60,487 nt of DNA from Flavobacteriales bacterium (GTDB taxonomy: Bacteria; Bacteroidota; Bacteroidia; NS11-12g; UBA955): contig CANKVM010000002.1 in the NCBI GenBank assembly GCA_947487175.1, forward strand, positions 1 through 60,487. The letters run 5' to 3'. The stretch's first letter is position 1; each line of letters opens with the position of its first letter. Positions 41,125-51,460 of the stretch are shown here, piece by piece. Both the position numbers and the translations under genes were made by a program. The notes under the pieces are model-generated. The model was not told the origin of the DNA. It saw only the letters and a program-made list of their open reading frames with translations, and ran no database searches.

Positions 41125-43044
41125 CTATTCTTGCGATAATAACCACGCTTCCATGGTCTCGTCATATTTAGCTTGAAGTTGAATCATCAATTCCAAATTC
41201 GCTTTATGCGCATCCATAACCTCCATCAATTTTTCTGAATTTGATGAAACCTCCACACTCTGCATTAAATCAGTTAATTTGTTATTCCTAATTTCAATTT
41301 CCTTAATTTCAGACTCATATTTCTCCATGTCTTGCTCAAGTCTTTGAATTTGATTTTTAGAAAGCGTTGATTTTTTTAAAGTTGGTTCTCCAACTTTAAT
41401 TTCAACTTTATGCACAGGAGCAGCCTTTACAATAGGTATATTTTCAACAATCCTATTGGAATTCCATTCATTGAATTCATCAAATGTGCCTAAGTATTCT
41501 TTTATCTTCCCATTTTCAATCCACCAAATTTTATTTGCAACCCTACTAATAAAAGTTCTATCATGCGAAACAAAAATAATTGTGCCTTGATAGTTTTCTA
41601 ATGCTTCAGCTAAAACCGAAGTAGAAAACATATCTAAATGGTTTGTAGGCTCATCTAATAACAAAAAGTTTGATTGGGTAATCAAAGTTTTTGCCAATGC
41701 CAAACGAGATTTCTCACCACCCGACAAAACCTTTACTTTTTTAAATACTTCCTGTCCTGTAAACAAAAAACAACCCAGAACTGTGCGCAATTCTTTTTCG
41801 GTATACTCCGCACTTACTGTGCCCAATTCATTTAATAAATCATTCTTTAAATTCAGGGCTTCTAATTGATGCTGAGCAAAAAACGCAGATTCAACATTCC
41901 AACCCAATTCAACATTACCTTCATGAGGTTCACTTCCGTGCATCATGCGCAATAGCGTCGATTTGCCCTTGCCGTTTGCTCCAACAATAGCAATCTTATC
42001 GCCACGCATGATTTGACCTCTAGTGTCATGCAAAATATGCAAATCGCCATAGCTTTTGCTCACACCATCCATGTCAACAATTTGCTTTCCTGGATTTACA
42101 CGAATGTTGAATTTAATATCAAAATCTCCACGCTCTTTATCCTTCAATTCAATGCGATCAATTTTATTCAACATTTTAACCCTACTCTGAACGGCAGTTG
42201 ATTTACTAGCTTTGTATCTAAAGCGAGAAATAAATTGCATTTGCTGTTTGATATAAGTTTGTTGATTCTCAAATCGGCGCTGTAGCATTTCATCACGCTC
42301 ATCTTTTTGATCCAAATAATCAGAAAAATTACCTTTATAATGATACAATTGTTGGTGTGCAACTTCGGCAATTCTATTTACCGTTTTATCTAAAAAGAAC
42401 CTATCGTGAGAAACAATCACATAAGTGCCTTGGTAATCGCTCAAATAGTTCTCTAACCACTCAATTGTAGGTAAATCTAAATGGTTCGTAGGCTCATCTA
42501 AAAGTAACAGATCAGGAGCTTGCAATAGCAATCTACCCAACATGGCACGCATTCTCCAACCACCACTAAATTCCTTCAACGGCTTTTCTAACATTTCCGT
42601 AGTAAAACCAAGTCCCTCAAGAATTTTATCTCCCTGACTCTGCCAGTCATATCCACCCAATTGTCCAAACTGATCTTGTAAATCTGTCAATCGGTTAATC
42701 CGCTTATCGTCGTATTCAGTTTCTAATTCATGCAACAATTGGTTGATTTCAGTATCAATAATCACCAAATCATCTCGGCCCGCCATTACAACATCACGCA
42801 CACTTTCATGAAACTCCAAACTCAATAAATCTTGATTCAAAAATCCCATTTTCAAACTCGAAGATTTAGACAAACTCCCTTCCCGCAAATCAAATTCACC
42901 AGCAACAACCCGTAATAAAGTAGATTTACCAGTTCCGTTTAATCCTACCAAACCTATTTTTTCGCTAGGTTTAATATGCCATCCGGCGTTTTTATATAAA
43001 TATCTTCCAGCGAATTCGAATGAAAAGTCAACTAATGCAAGCAC
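41125..43044 (-). CDS. ABC-F family ATPase (two ABC domains, no TMD)
   Basis: 639 aa. Two Walker A (GLNGTGKST, GANGKGKST), two signatures (FSGGWRMR, LSGGEKSR), two Walker B (LLLDEPTNHLD twice). C-terminal coiled-coil. GTG start. Confidence 0.9.
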   Translation of the reverse strand: MLALVDFSFEFAGRYLYKNAGWHIKPSEKIGLVGLNGTGKSTLLRVVAGEFDLREGSLSKSSSLKMGFLNQDLLSLEFHESVRDVVMAGRDDLVIIDTEINQLLHELETEYDDKRINRLTDLQDQFGQLGGYDWQSQGDKILEGLGFTTEMLEKPLKEFSGGWRMRAMLGRLLLQAPDLLLLDEPTNHLDLPTIEWLENYLSDYQGTYVIVSHDRFFLDKTVNRIAEVAHQQLYHYKGNFSDYLDQKDERDEMLQRRFENQQTYIKQQMQFISRFRYKASKSTAVQSRVKMLNKIDRIELKDKERGDFDIKFNIRVNPGKQIVDMDGVSKSYGDLHILHDTRGQIMRGDKIAIVGANGKGKSTLLRMMHGSEPHEGNVELGWNVESAFFAQHQLEALNLKNDLLNELGTVSAEYTEKELRTVLGCFLFTGQEVFKKVKVLSGGEKSRLALAKTLITQSNFLLLDEPTNHLDMFSTSVLAEALENYQGTIIFVSHDRTFISRVANKIWWIENGKIKEYLGTFDEFNEWNSNRIVENIPIVKAAPVHKVEIKVGEPTLKKSTLSKNQIQRLEQDMEKYESEIKEIEIRNNKLTDLMQSVEVSSNSEKLMEVMDAHKANLELMIQLQAKYDETMEAWLLSQE

Positions 43045-43048
43045 GGCG

Positions 43049-43056
43049 CAAAATTA
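43049..43056 (-). promoter_or_regulatory. Candidate -7 box TAATTTTG for the ABC-F gene
   Basis: Exact TAnnTTTG on the minus strand, 4 nt from GTG 43044. Confidence 0.35.
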
Positions 43057-43072
43057 ACCCCTCAAACCCGTT

Positions 43073-43594
43073 TTACCGAACGTTTTTCAAACTTTCCCAA
43101 ATCATAATGAAATCATTCATGAAATAACCATCGCCAATATCAAAATCAGCTACTTTTTCAATTTGAAATCCCGCCTTAAAATAAAAATTTATTGCCTTAT
43201 AATTTTGTCTATTTACTTGTAATCTAATTTCTTGAGGGACATATTCACGCAAAATAAAATCAAAAAAAAGCAAACCAATTCCAGAACGCTGATGATTAGT
43301 ATCTATGTAAAATTTATTAATGAAAAGTTTTGATTCACCCTCGTTTTTAATCGAAACAAATCCCAAATAACGATTTTCACTCTCATCAAAGGCCAAATAA
43401 AACGCATCACCATTTAGAATTTGCTTTTCCAAAGAAGCTTTATCATACATTTTGGCCAGCATGAATTCAACCTGCTCTGTGCCAATGATTGAAGGATAAT
43501 GGTCTCGCCAAATTTTTTGAGCCAATTCAATTATTTTGTCAATTTCTTGATAACTTGCTTGAATAAATTGCATATAGTCGTACGAATATCTCAT
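43073..43594 (-). CDS. GNAT family N-acetyltransferase
   Basis: Acetyl-CoA binding motif HQRSGIGLLFFDF. The start is uncertain: TTG 43636 (ORF track, overlaps the divergent gene), ATG 43594 or ATG 43573 (MQFIQASYQEI..). Confidence 0.8.
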   Translation of the reverse strand: MRYSYDYMQFIQASYQEIDKIIELAQKIWRDHYPSIIGTEQVEFMLAKMYDKASLEKQILNGDAFYLAFDESENRYLGFVSIKNEGESKLFINKFYIDTNHQRSGIGLLFFDFILREYVPQEIRLQVNRQNYKAINFYFKAGFQIEKVADFDIGDGYFMNDFIMIWESLKNVR

Positions 43595-43611
43595 TTTTGT
43601 AGTCAATAACA

Positions 43612-44331
43612 ATGCTCGCCATTCACGAAATATCAACAGGGTTCAAAATCAAAAATAAATTGACGGAAATTCATTCCAAAATTTCATTCAGTTTAGAATC
43701 GGGTTCTATTACCCTTTTACTTGGTGCAAACGGTATTGGAAAATCTGTATTTTTAAAAACATTGCTCAATATTTACAAGCCATTGGGTGGATGTGTAACC
43801 TTAAATGGCAAACAACTGTCAAGTATGCCAAACGATGAACTTTCGTCGTTTATTTCTCTCATGCTGCCAACACCTCCCAACATTGAATTGATGTCAGCGT
43901 TAGATATTGCAATGAGTGGACGACAACGATTTACAAAATCTTGGCAATTGAATAACGATGAAAATGAAGCCATTGTAAATTCATATTTTAAAATTTGTGG
44001 AATAGAAGAGCTCAAAAACAAAAATTTTGCGCAGCTCTCCGATGGAGAAAAGCAAAAGGTGATGCTCGTTCGTTGCCTTTCACAAGAAACACCCATTTTG
44101 TTGCTTGATGAACCCATGGCATTTTTAGATTACCCCAGTCGCATACAGTTTTTATCCCTCGTTAAAAAAATTGCCGAAGAACAAGGCAAATATATCATAA
44201 TCAGCACCCACGACATTGATATTTCCCTGCCATATGCAAACCATATTTTGGCGTTTACCAAAAATGAATATCAATTTTTCAATGATCCAAAGATTTTCGC
44301 TACAGATTTAATTTTCAGTGAAAAAGCGTAA
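43612..44331 (+). CDS. Stand-alone ABC transporter ATP-binding protein (FepC/BtuD-like)
   Basis: 239 aa. Walker A GANGIGKS, signature LSDGEKQK, Walker B LLLDEP. No permease or binding-protein gene adjacent. Confidence 0.85.
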   Translation: MLAIHEISTGFKIKNKLTEIHSKISFSLESGSITLLLGANGIGKSVFLKTLLNIYKPLGGCVTLNGKQLSSMPNDELSSFISLMLPTPPNIELMSALDIAMSGRQRFTKSWQLNNDENEAIVNSYFKICGIEELKNKNFAQLSDGEKQKVMLVRCLSQETPILLLDEPMAFLDYPSRIQFLSLVKKIAEEQGKYIIISTHDIDISLPYANHILAFTKNEYQFFNDPKIFATDLIFSEKA

Positions 44332-45043
44332 TCCTTTCGAGTTTAAAAATTTTACCATTCATCAAGAGCAAGTTACGCTCCCAGTAACTACCGATGCTTG
44401 TTTGTTTGGCGCCTATTGCCATTTCAATAATCCCAAAAGAATTTTAGATTTGGGAACTGGCACTGGATTATTGGCACTCATGATGCATCAAAAATATCCA
44501 ACTGCACAAATATTGGGAATTGAACAGCACCAAGAAACCGCAATACAAGCGAAAAAAAATATTGTCGAAAATAATTGTAGTTCAAACATCCAAATCGTTC
44601 AATCGGACATGTTCAGTTATGAGTTTGAATCAACATTCGATGCCATTATAAGCAATCCTCCATTTTTTGTGAATCAATTGGAATCTGATGAAACCCAAAG
44701 AAATCAAGCACGACATTTCCAAAATTACAATTTTATAGATTTTTTCATTCTCATAAATTCACGATTAAACAACAGCGGTACTGCATGGATTTTATTACCA
44801 CATTCGGCATTGAACAAAATTCATAAATATTTAAATAATACTGATTTACATGTCCATTCAATTGTTGAAATTTCTCCGAATACAGACAAAAATGCCCATT
44901 TGATTTTTATCCAATTTGCAAAAATTGCTCCCACTCAAGTAGAAAATAAATCAATTTTTATTCGAAACCTCCAAAATGAATTCACTCCCGAATGTTACAA
45001 AATACTTCAGCCTTTTTACAAGATTGAAGCACTAACCATTTAA
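44318..45043 (+). CDS. tRNA1(Val) (adenine(37)-N6)-methyltransferase-like SAM-dependent methyltransferase
   Basis: 241 aa. FEFKNFTIHQEQVTLPVTTDACLFGAY N-terminus, SAM motif ILDLGTGTGLL, catalytic NPPFF. GTG start overlapping the upstream gene by 14 nt. Confidence 0.75.
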   Translation: MKKRNPFEFKNFTIHQEQVTLPVTTDACLFGAYCHFNNPKRILDLGTGTGLLALMMHQKYPTAQILGIEQHQETAIQAKKNIVENNCSSNIQIVQSDMFSYEFESTFDAIISNPPFFVNQLESDETQRNQARHFQNYNFIDFFILINSRLNNSGTAWILLPHSALNKIHKYLNNTDLHVHSIVEISPNTDKNAHLIFIQFAKIAPTQVENKSIFIRNLQNEFTPECYKILQPFYKIEALTI

Positions 45044-45115
45044 TTGACAAATAAATAGCACTGTGATTCAATCTATATTCCTAATGTATCAAAAAAATTA
45101 CATACCTTCGTTTTA

Positions 45116-45334
45116 ATGAAATTCATTAAATATCCTTTGGAAAAATCATTATTTGGCGTTTGCTCACAGCTCGCCGACAAAATGCATATTTCTACCAGAA
45201 GTGTTAGAATGTCTTTTATTTATGCAAGTTTCTTTACCTTAGGCTCACCCATTATATTTTATTTGATTGCAGCTTTTTGGCTGAATATCAAAAAATACAA
45301 TAGAGAGGGAAGAACCAGAATTTGGGATTTGTAA
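45116..45334 (+). CDS. PspC domain-containing small membrane protein
   Basis: 72 aa. LFGVCSQLADKMHISTRSVRMSFIYASFFTLGSPIIFYLIAAFWL fits the PspC domain. Confidence 0.75.
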   Translation: MKFIKYPLEKSLFGVCSQLADKMHISTRSVRMSFIYASFFTLGSPIIFYLIAAFWLNIKKYNREGRTRIWDL

Positions 45335-45345
45335 AATCCTAAACT

Positions 45346-47088
45346 TTAAAAATTGCTGCTAATGGTAAATCTTACACCACTGAAAGCAGGTTCCAAACGA
45401 CAAATACCACCACTACAGTTCACACCTGATTGTTGTTTAATGAATGCCAATGTATAAACACTATTGTCATGAACATATGCCATAAAAAAGGATGGATAAT
45501 GGATAATTTTATTGCTAATTGCCATGTTTGGATATCTATGAGGAATTACATTCAACATATCACCAGCAGATACTGAAAAATTCTTTGAAAAGTAATATTC
45601 CAATACAATATTAGCGAACGAACCTTGATCTTGTTTGGTATATAAAAACTGACCTTCTAAACGGAAACTTTTACCAGAATGCGTTTTATGTAACCATTCA
45701 AAAAAAGGAGTTATGGTATTAACCGCTTCATATTCTGGTTCTTGTTCATATCTAGCTTGATTATAAAAAATACTTTGAACACCCAATTTCAATTTGTCTT
45801 TACCTAAATTTTGAACAACTTCTAAATTATACTCTCTAAATAATTGAATGGGTTTCATTTTTGAGCTACTAGAATCATATTTCCCATTACTAGCCAATGA
45901 TTGAACATAACTTGCATTAAATGAAATTCTTGTTTCACCAAAAAATCTCTTGATTTTCTTTTTGCTCCCAATTTTGCATTCAATTTCACCTTGTATTCCA
46001 TTTTCTCCCAAATCCTGACCAGGAGCATTATATCTAGCCATTAATCGATAGGTATTTTGCTTAGTTAATGATGGCAAATATGAAACCAACCCATCTAATA
46101 AAATTGCGCGCGGCGAAGTTTTGAAGGTAAAATGATCCACATGTCTGCCTTGAACATTCAACCCAATTGAAACTTGAGAAGAATCTCCCACTTTCATTTT
46201 ACTTTTACCCCAACTCAATGATGAATAAAACACCTTCCCATCTTTATTAGATAATCGATTGTCCATACCCACAACTGCTTCTTTGGTTTTATAATTCCCT
46301 TCTACATTCCAAGATAAATTGCCAATATTGTATGTAAAATATCCATTAAATCCATATACATTATACTTTGGAAAAAATTGATTGTCACGATCGTAAGTAT
46401 TGATATTCGAAACCAACCAATCCATAGATGCTCCATCTAAAGTGCGGTTAATCGCAGAAGTTCCAACCTGTAAATTACCCAAGTCTTTAGAATCAGTTTT
46501 AAGTGCAATACTTCCCTCCAAATTAATTCCACTGATTACTTGAGGTGCGTAATCAAATCTATTTTTGTTGGTTCCTTTTTGATTTCCAGAGAAACCTTTT
46601 ATTCTCCAGTCATTGTTCCATTTGTCCTTAAAATTATAAGCCAATCTCAAACCTTGAATGGCATAATCAATCCCAATTTGTCTTTGCTCATAGGCTCTAA
46701 ACAAAACCCCCGAGCCAAACTGATCATAAAACGAACCCGCTGTAATTTCTAAATTGTTTAGTTTTTTACTGATTTGCCAAAACCCAATGCCATGGTTTGT
46801 ATAAATATCCAGAGGATCTAATAACGGAGAGTTATTAAACCCATCGTAACGTAATATAAAACTATAATCTTTAATTCGGTATTGCATAAACAACCAAGCA
46901 TCGGTACTTGCCGTATTTTGACGATATGCTTTGGTGGTTGCCCCAATATCATCATCGCGCAAATATTTTTGATAATTCGCCAATAAATTACCTGTGAATT
47001 GTCCCTTATCTTTATCCGAATTTTGAGCATACATATTTCCAACTAAAAGTGGAAATATGAACAAAAAAATAATTCTTTTAAATGCCAT
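45346..47088 (-). CDS. Putative outer-membrane beta-barrel protein (uncharacterised family)
   Basis: 580 aa. Signal peptide MAFKRIIFLFIFPLLVGNMYAQ. Alternating-hydrophobicity strands rich in Y/G/N. C-terminal ..GVRFTISSNF ends in an aromatic residue. Confidence 0.7.
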   Translation of the reverse strand: MAFKRIIFLFIFPLLVGNMYAQNSDKDKGQFTGNLLANYQKYLRDDDIGATTKAYRQNTASTDAWLFMQYRIKDYSFILRYDGFNNSPLLDPLDIYTNHGIGFWQISKKLNNLEITAGSFYDQFGSGVLFRAYEQRQIGIDYAIQGLRLAYNFKDKWNNDWRIKGFSGNQKGTNKNRFDYAPQVISGINLEGSIALKTDSKDLGNLQVGTSAINRTLDGASMDWLVSNINTYDRDNQFFPKYNVYGFNGYFTYNIGNLSWNVEGNYKTKEAVVGMDNRLSNKDGKVFYSSLSWGKSKMKVGDSSQVSIGLNVQGRHVDHFTFKTSPRAILLDGLVSYLPSLTKQNTYRLMARYNAPGQDLGENGIQGEIECKIGSKKKIKRFFGETRISFNASYVQSLASNGKYDSSSSKMKPIQLFREYNLEVVQNLGKDKLKLGVQSIFYNQARYEQEPEYEAVNTITPFFEWLHKTHSGKSFRLEGQFLYTKQDQGSFANIVLEYYFSKNFSVSAGDMLNVIPHRYPNMAISNKIIHYPSFFMAYVHDNSVYTLAFIKQQSGVNCSGGICRLEPAFSGVRFTISSNF

Positions 47089-47169
47089 ATTTACTGCAAA
47101 TATGCGAAAAAGGATTCAAACCCTAATTCATTTCATATATCAATCCTTCAATTGTCCAATTTTTACTGC

Positions 47170-47177
47170 TATTTTTG
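47170..47177 (+). promoter_or_regulatory. Candidate -7 box TATTTTTG for miaB
   Basis: Exact TAnnTTTG 8 nt upstream of ATG 47186. Confidence 0.35.
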
Positions 47178-47185
47178 TACTTTAA

Positions 47186-48583
47186 ATGACAACCAACGCA
47201 ACACCACCGATTATCAATACCCGAAAACTCTATATTGAGAGTTATGGTTGTGCAATGAATTTTTCAGATAGCGAAATAATTGCGAGTATCATGCACGAAC
47301 ACGGTTTTGTAAACACAACCGACGAACTTGATGCAGATGTCATCTTTTTAAATACCTGCGCAATTCGCGATAACGCCGAAACCAGAATTAGAGAAAGACT
47401 CAAACACCTTCGCATGAATAAAAGATCCAACAAAGATTTAATTATTGGAGTTTTAGGCTGCATGGCTGAGCGTTTGAAAGACAAATTATTAGAAGAAGAA
47501 AAGCTGGTTGACGTTGTTGCTGGTCCAGATAGTTACCGCGACTTACCAAAATTGGTTGCTGAGGTTGATGGTGGTGGAAGAGCCATCAACGTTCTATTGT
47601 CACGTGAAGAAACTTATGGTGACTTAAATCCGGTTCGTTTAAATAGCAACGGAGTTACGGCATTTGTAAGCATCATGCGCGGTTGCGACAATATGTGCAG
47701 CTTTTGCGTTGTGCCTTATACCCGTGGCCGTGAGCGTAGCCGCGATTCTCAAAGCATTGTTAACGAAGTTCTTGAACTTCAGTCTAACGGATACAAAGAA
47801 ATTACCATGCTTGGGCAAAATGTAAATAGCTATTTATGGTTTGGTGGGGGACAAAAGAAAGAATTCAAAAAACTTACTGATGAAGAACAAGAAACTGCCA
47901 TTGACTTTGCCGATTTACTTGAATTGGTTGCATTGGCCGTTCCTAATATGCGCATTCGTTACAGCACAAGTCACCCAAGAGACATCAATGAAAAGGTAGT
48001 AAATATTATGGCCAAATATCGAAATATTTGCAATTACATTCATTTGCCGGCTCAAAGTGGAAACTCAAGAATTTTAGACATCATGAGCCGCAATTATACG
48101 AGGGAATGGTATTTGGATAAAATTAAAATGATCAGACAAATCATCCCAAATTGTGGTATTTCTTGCGATATTATTTCAGGTTTCTGTTCCGAAACAGAAG
48201 AAGAACACCAAGATACAATTACATTAATCGAAGAAGCACAATTTGATTTTAGCTATATGTATATGTATAGTGAACGACCTGGAACTCCTGCTGCTAAAAA
48301 ACTTACCGATGATGTTCCAGAAGATGTTAAAGGAAGAAGATTAACAGAAATTATTAAAGTTCAAAATAAAATGAGCTTAAGTAAAAACACTGCCCGAATA
48401 GGAAATATTGTAGAAGTACTTATAGAAGGCAGCAGCAAGAAAAGCGAAAATGATTGGATGGGCCGCAGCGATGAGGATATAGTGGTAGTTTTCCCAAAAG
48501 GGAATTACAAAAAAGGAGCAATAGTAAAAGTATTGGTAGAAAGAGCAACAGTAACTACATTAATTGGAAAGTCAATCAATTAA
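47186..48583 (+). CDS. miaB: tRNA (N6-isopentenyl adenosine(37)-C2)-methylthiotransferase
   Basis: 465 aa. UPF0004 domain [10 protein letters not shown], radical-SAM [12 protein letters not shown]-terminal TRAM domain. Confidence 0.93.
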   Translation: MTTNATPPIINTRKLYIESYGCAMNFSDSEIIASIMHEHGFVNTTDELDADVIFLNTCAIRDNAETRIRERLKHLRMNKRSNKDLIIGVLGCMAERLKDKLLEEEKLVDVVAGPDSYRDLPKLVAEVDGGGRAINVLLSREETYGDLNPVRLNSNGVTAFVSIMRGCDNMCSFCVVPYTRGRERSRDSQSIVNEVLELQSNGYKEITMLGQNVNSYLWFGGGQKKEFKKLTDEEQETAIDFADLLELVALAVPNMRIRYSTSHPRDINEKVVNIMAKYRNICNYIHLPAQSGNSRILDIMSRNYTREWYLDKIKMIRQIIPNCGISCDIISGFCSETEEEHQDTITLIEEAQFDFSYMYMYSERPGTPAAKKLTDDVPEDVKGRRLTEIIKVQNKMSLSKNTARIGNIVEVLIEGSSKKSENDWMGRSDEDIVVVFPKGNYKKGAIVKVLVERATVTTLIGKSIN

Positions 48584-48981
48584 TAGTGTTGTTTATTTTT
48601 CCTGAATAATTTGGAATAAATTTCAAATTGGCTTTGGGTTAAGGCGTTTTGCATTTTATCCATTTTAATAGAACGAAATTCACTAATTTCTTGCTTCATT
48701 ATTTGAGGCAAATGAGGAAATTGTTGAAGTGTTCCGCGTTTATTTGCTTCATATTCGCATTCAATTTGGTAAATTTCCAATAATTTTGTTGCAGTAATAT
48801 TTACCTCTTTTGCAAATTTAATAATTTTAGAAGCAGCACTCGACTCTGAACTTATGTCACTTTTCTTTCGTTCTTTAAGCCAAGCTGGTATTAAAGTTGT
48901 TTTTTCAAATTTAAACAAATCTAAAAATCGAACTAAAATTGATCTGCGAATTTTATTTTCCGTTTTGTTTTTAGAGTACAT
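48580..48981 (-). CDS. Hypothetical basic protein
   Basis: 133-aa ORF, Lys/Arg-rich, no recognisable motif. Its stop overlaps the miaB stop by 4 nt (convergent). Coding status is uncertain. Confidence 0.45.
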   Translation of the reverse strand: MYSKNKTENKIRRSILVRFLDLFKFEKTTLIPAWLKERKKSDISSESSAASKIIKFAKEVNITATKLLEIYQIECEYEANKRGTLQQFPHLPQIMKQEISEFRSIKMDKMQNALTQSQFEIYSKLFRKNKQHY

Positions 48982-49077
48982 TGAGTATAAATTTTATAAG
49001 AAGAAAATGCAAAAATAATGATTTTTATAGAATATTTCGCATCACAAAATATAACATAATTTAGAAATAATTTACTT

Positions 49078-50031
49078 TCAATACTGCATTTTCAAATTTT
49101 CCAGCATGTCAATTGTCATTTTATCTAAATCATAATTTGGTTTCCAACCCCAGTCTTCACGAGCCCTTGAATCGTCAATTACCGCTGGCCAAGATTCTGC
49201 AATTTGCTGACGCGAATCAATTTTGTAAGTAATGTTAAAATCTGGAATATATTTTTGAATTGCAGCTGCAATTTCTTCAGGACCAAAACTCATTCCAGCC
49301 AAATTATAACTACTTCTAATTTTTATCTGTTCAGCAGGTGCATGCATAATATCCAATGTTGCTTTCAATGCATCCGGCATATACAACATTGGCAATACGG
49401 TTCCTGCCTTCAAAAAACATTCATGTGTTTTGGTTTGCAACGCATCGTGATAAATAGAAACTGCATAATCAGTAGTCCCTCCACCTGGTGCAGATTTATA
49501 TCCAATTAAACCAGGATATCTCAAACTTCTAGTATCAACACCCCAACGGTTATAGTAATATTGTGCATATAATTCTCCAGACAATTTACTAATTCCATAA
49601 ACTGTTGTTGGATCCATTGGACCGTATTGAGGCGTATTAAAACGAGGGGTATTTGGCCCGAAAGCCGCAATACTACTCGGCCAATAAACTCTTTTCACAA
49701 TGCCCATATCACGGGCAGCATTCAACACATTGAATAAGCCATCCATATTTAATTCCCATCCAAATTCAGGGAATTTTTCTGCAGTTGCACTTAATAACGC
49801 CGCCAAATGATAAACTTGCGTTGGTTTATATTTTTCAATTATTCCACGGAAAGCCTTTTCATCTAAAATATCTAATGTCTCAAATGGACCAGCTTCAAAA
49901 ACAGGATTATCAGAAACCTTTACATCAGAAGCAATTACATTAGAATCACCATAAATTCCACGCAACGCCTCAACCAATTCGGTTCCCAATTGACCACAAG
50001 AGCCTACTACCAATATTTTTTCCGTACTCAT
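49078..50031 (-). CDS. tdh: NAD-dependent epimerase/dehydratase family protein, L-threonine 3-dehydrogenase-like (SDR type)
   Basis: 317 aa. KILVVGSCGQLGTELVEALRGIYGDSNVIASDV Rossmann N-terminus and YGISK catalytic motif resemble short-chain-type TDH. Confidence 0.7.
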   Translation of the reverse strand: MSTEKILVVGSCGQLGTELVEALRGIYGDSNVIASDVKVSDNPVFEAGPFETLDILDEKAFRGIIEKYKPTQVYHLAALLSATAEKFPEFGWELNMDGLFNVLNAARDMGIVKRVYWPSSIAAFGPNTPRFNTPQYGPMDPTTVYGISKLSGELYAQYYYNRWGVDTRSLRYPGLIGYKSAPGGGTTDYAVSIYHDALQTKTHECFLKAGTVLPMLYMPDALKATLDIMHAPAEQIKIRSSYNLAGMSFGPEEIAAAIQKYIPDFNITYKIDSRQQIAESWPAVIDDSRAREDWGWKPNYDLDKMTIDMLENLKMQY

Positions 50032-50151
50032 AATTTTATAACTGCAAATTTTGCAACTATTCTTCGAATAATCAAAATCAAATCACAGAATAAAAAAAAT
50101 CAATGGTAAATCAGAATATGTTTCGCATTTTTGCCGTTCTATAATTCTTCA

Positions 50152-51150
50152 ATGTCAAATAAAATTGGTTTCGCGGTTTTGGGCTTAGGTCATATTGGAC
50201 AAAAACACTGTTTGCATATTTGCGAAAACCCAAAAGCAGTTTTAATTGCAACTGCCGACATTAATTCAACTTTAAATTTTGAAAAATACGAAAACCAAGT
50301 AAACATTGATAATTTATTATCTAATACGCAAATAGATGTTGTAAATATTTGCACCCCAAATGGCCTACATGCCCAACAAGCAATTCAAAGTTTAAATGCA
50401 CAAAAGCATGTTGTTATAGAAAAACCCTTGGCTTTATCTACCGCAGATTGTGAAGCAATTCAACAAGCATCAGATAAAAATAACAAATTTGTTTTTTGTG
50501 TAATGCAAAATCGATTTTCGCCTCCAAGTCAGTGGTTAAAAAACTTAATTCTTACAAAAACGTTAGGCAATGTCTATTCCATTCAAATCAATTGTTTTTG
50601 GAACCGCGATGATCGCTACTATACTCCCAACCATTGGCATGGAAATATAACATTAGATGGCGGTCCGTTATTTACCCAATTCTCTCATTTTATAGATTTA
50701 TTGTATTGGATTTTTGGAGAAATAAAAATCAACCACGCCCAATTTGAAAACTTCAACCACAAACATTCTACCCAATTTGAAGATAGTGGCATTGTCACAT
50801 TTTCAATCAAGTCAGGTGGTGTAGGTAGTATTAATTATTCTACCTCTGCTTTCGATAAAAATTTCGAAAGTAGCATTTCAATTATTGGTGAAAAAGGAAC
50901 AGTAAAACTGGGTGGTCAATACATGAATGAAATTAGCTATTGCCATATCAAAGATTATGAAATGCCATCTTTAGAAAAAAGCAATCCACCGAATAACTAT
51001 GGAAATTATCAAGGCAGCGCTTCAAATCATCCATATGTCATTCAAAATGTAATTGAAACATTAAATAATAAATCAAACCCCCATACCCAAGTTTCAGAAG
51101 GTTTGGCAGTGGTTAAAATTATTGAAGAAATATACAAATTCAGAAAATAA
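50152..51150 (+). CDS. Gfo/Idh/MocA family oxidoreductase
   Basis: Starts MSNKIGFAVLGLGHIGQKH (Rossmann), with the EKP motif VVIEKPLA. ATG 50152 is preferred to the ORF-track 50131. Confidence 0.85.
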   Translation: MSNKIGFAVLGLGHIGQKHCLHICENPKAVLIATADINSTLNFEKYENQVNIDNLLSNTQIDVVNICTPNGLHAQQAIQSLNAQKHVVIEKPLALSTADCEAIQQASDKNNKFVFCVMQNRFSPPSQWLKNLILTKTLGNVYSIQINCFWNRDDRYYTPNHWHGNITLDGGPLFTQFSHFIDLLYWIFGEIKINHAQFENFNHKHSTQFEDSGIVTFSIKSGGVGSINYSTSAFDKNFESSISIIGEKGTVKLGGQYMNEISYCHIKDYEMPSLEKSNPPNNYGNYQGSASNHPYVIQNVIETLNNKSNPHTQVSEGLAVVKIIEEIYKFRK

Positions 51151-51275
51151 TTTTTTATTCTATCATATTGATTTAATATCAGTTATATTAATATTCAAAA
51201 CTTTTTCAATATATTTTTTATTTTTTTTGGGGGATAGGTAAGCGTTTGTTGTATTCAATCGCAAGGAATACTCCC

Positions 51276-51455
51276 ATGAAAGAACAATTAGAGTCAAACA
51301 TTCTTACTAAATACGCGGCCGGATTAATGGAAGCCGATGAATTAAGTATGCTTGAGGATTGGTTAAAACAAAATCCTCAATTCCGCACTACGCTTGCCCT
51401 CATCCAACAAAATGTGATGGCAATGACTATGCAAATGAACCTAGTGAGAAAGTAA
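51276..51455 (+). CDS. Small ORF resembling the cytoplasmic N-terminal (anti-sigma) segment of FecR proteins
   Basis: 59 aa from ATG 51276. ILTKYAAGLMEADELSMLEDWLKQNPQF matches the usual FecR N-terminus pattern (YL.G.L...E....E.WL). Its stop is 5 nt before the FecR ORF and in a different frame. Confidence 0.4.
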   Translation: MKEQLESNILTKYAAGLMEADELSMLEDWLKQNPQFRTTLALIQQNVMAMTMQMNLVRK

Positions 51456-51460
51456 TTTTT

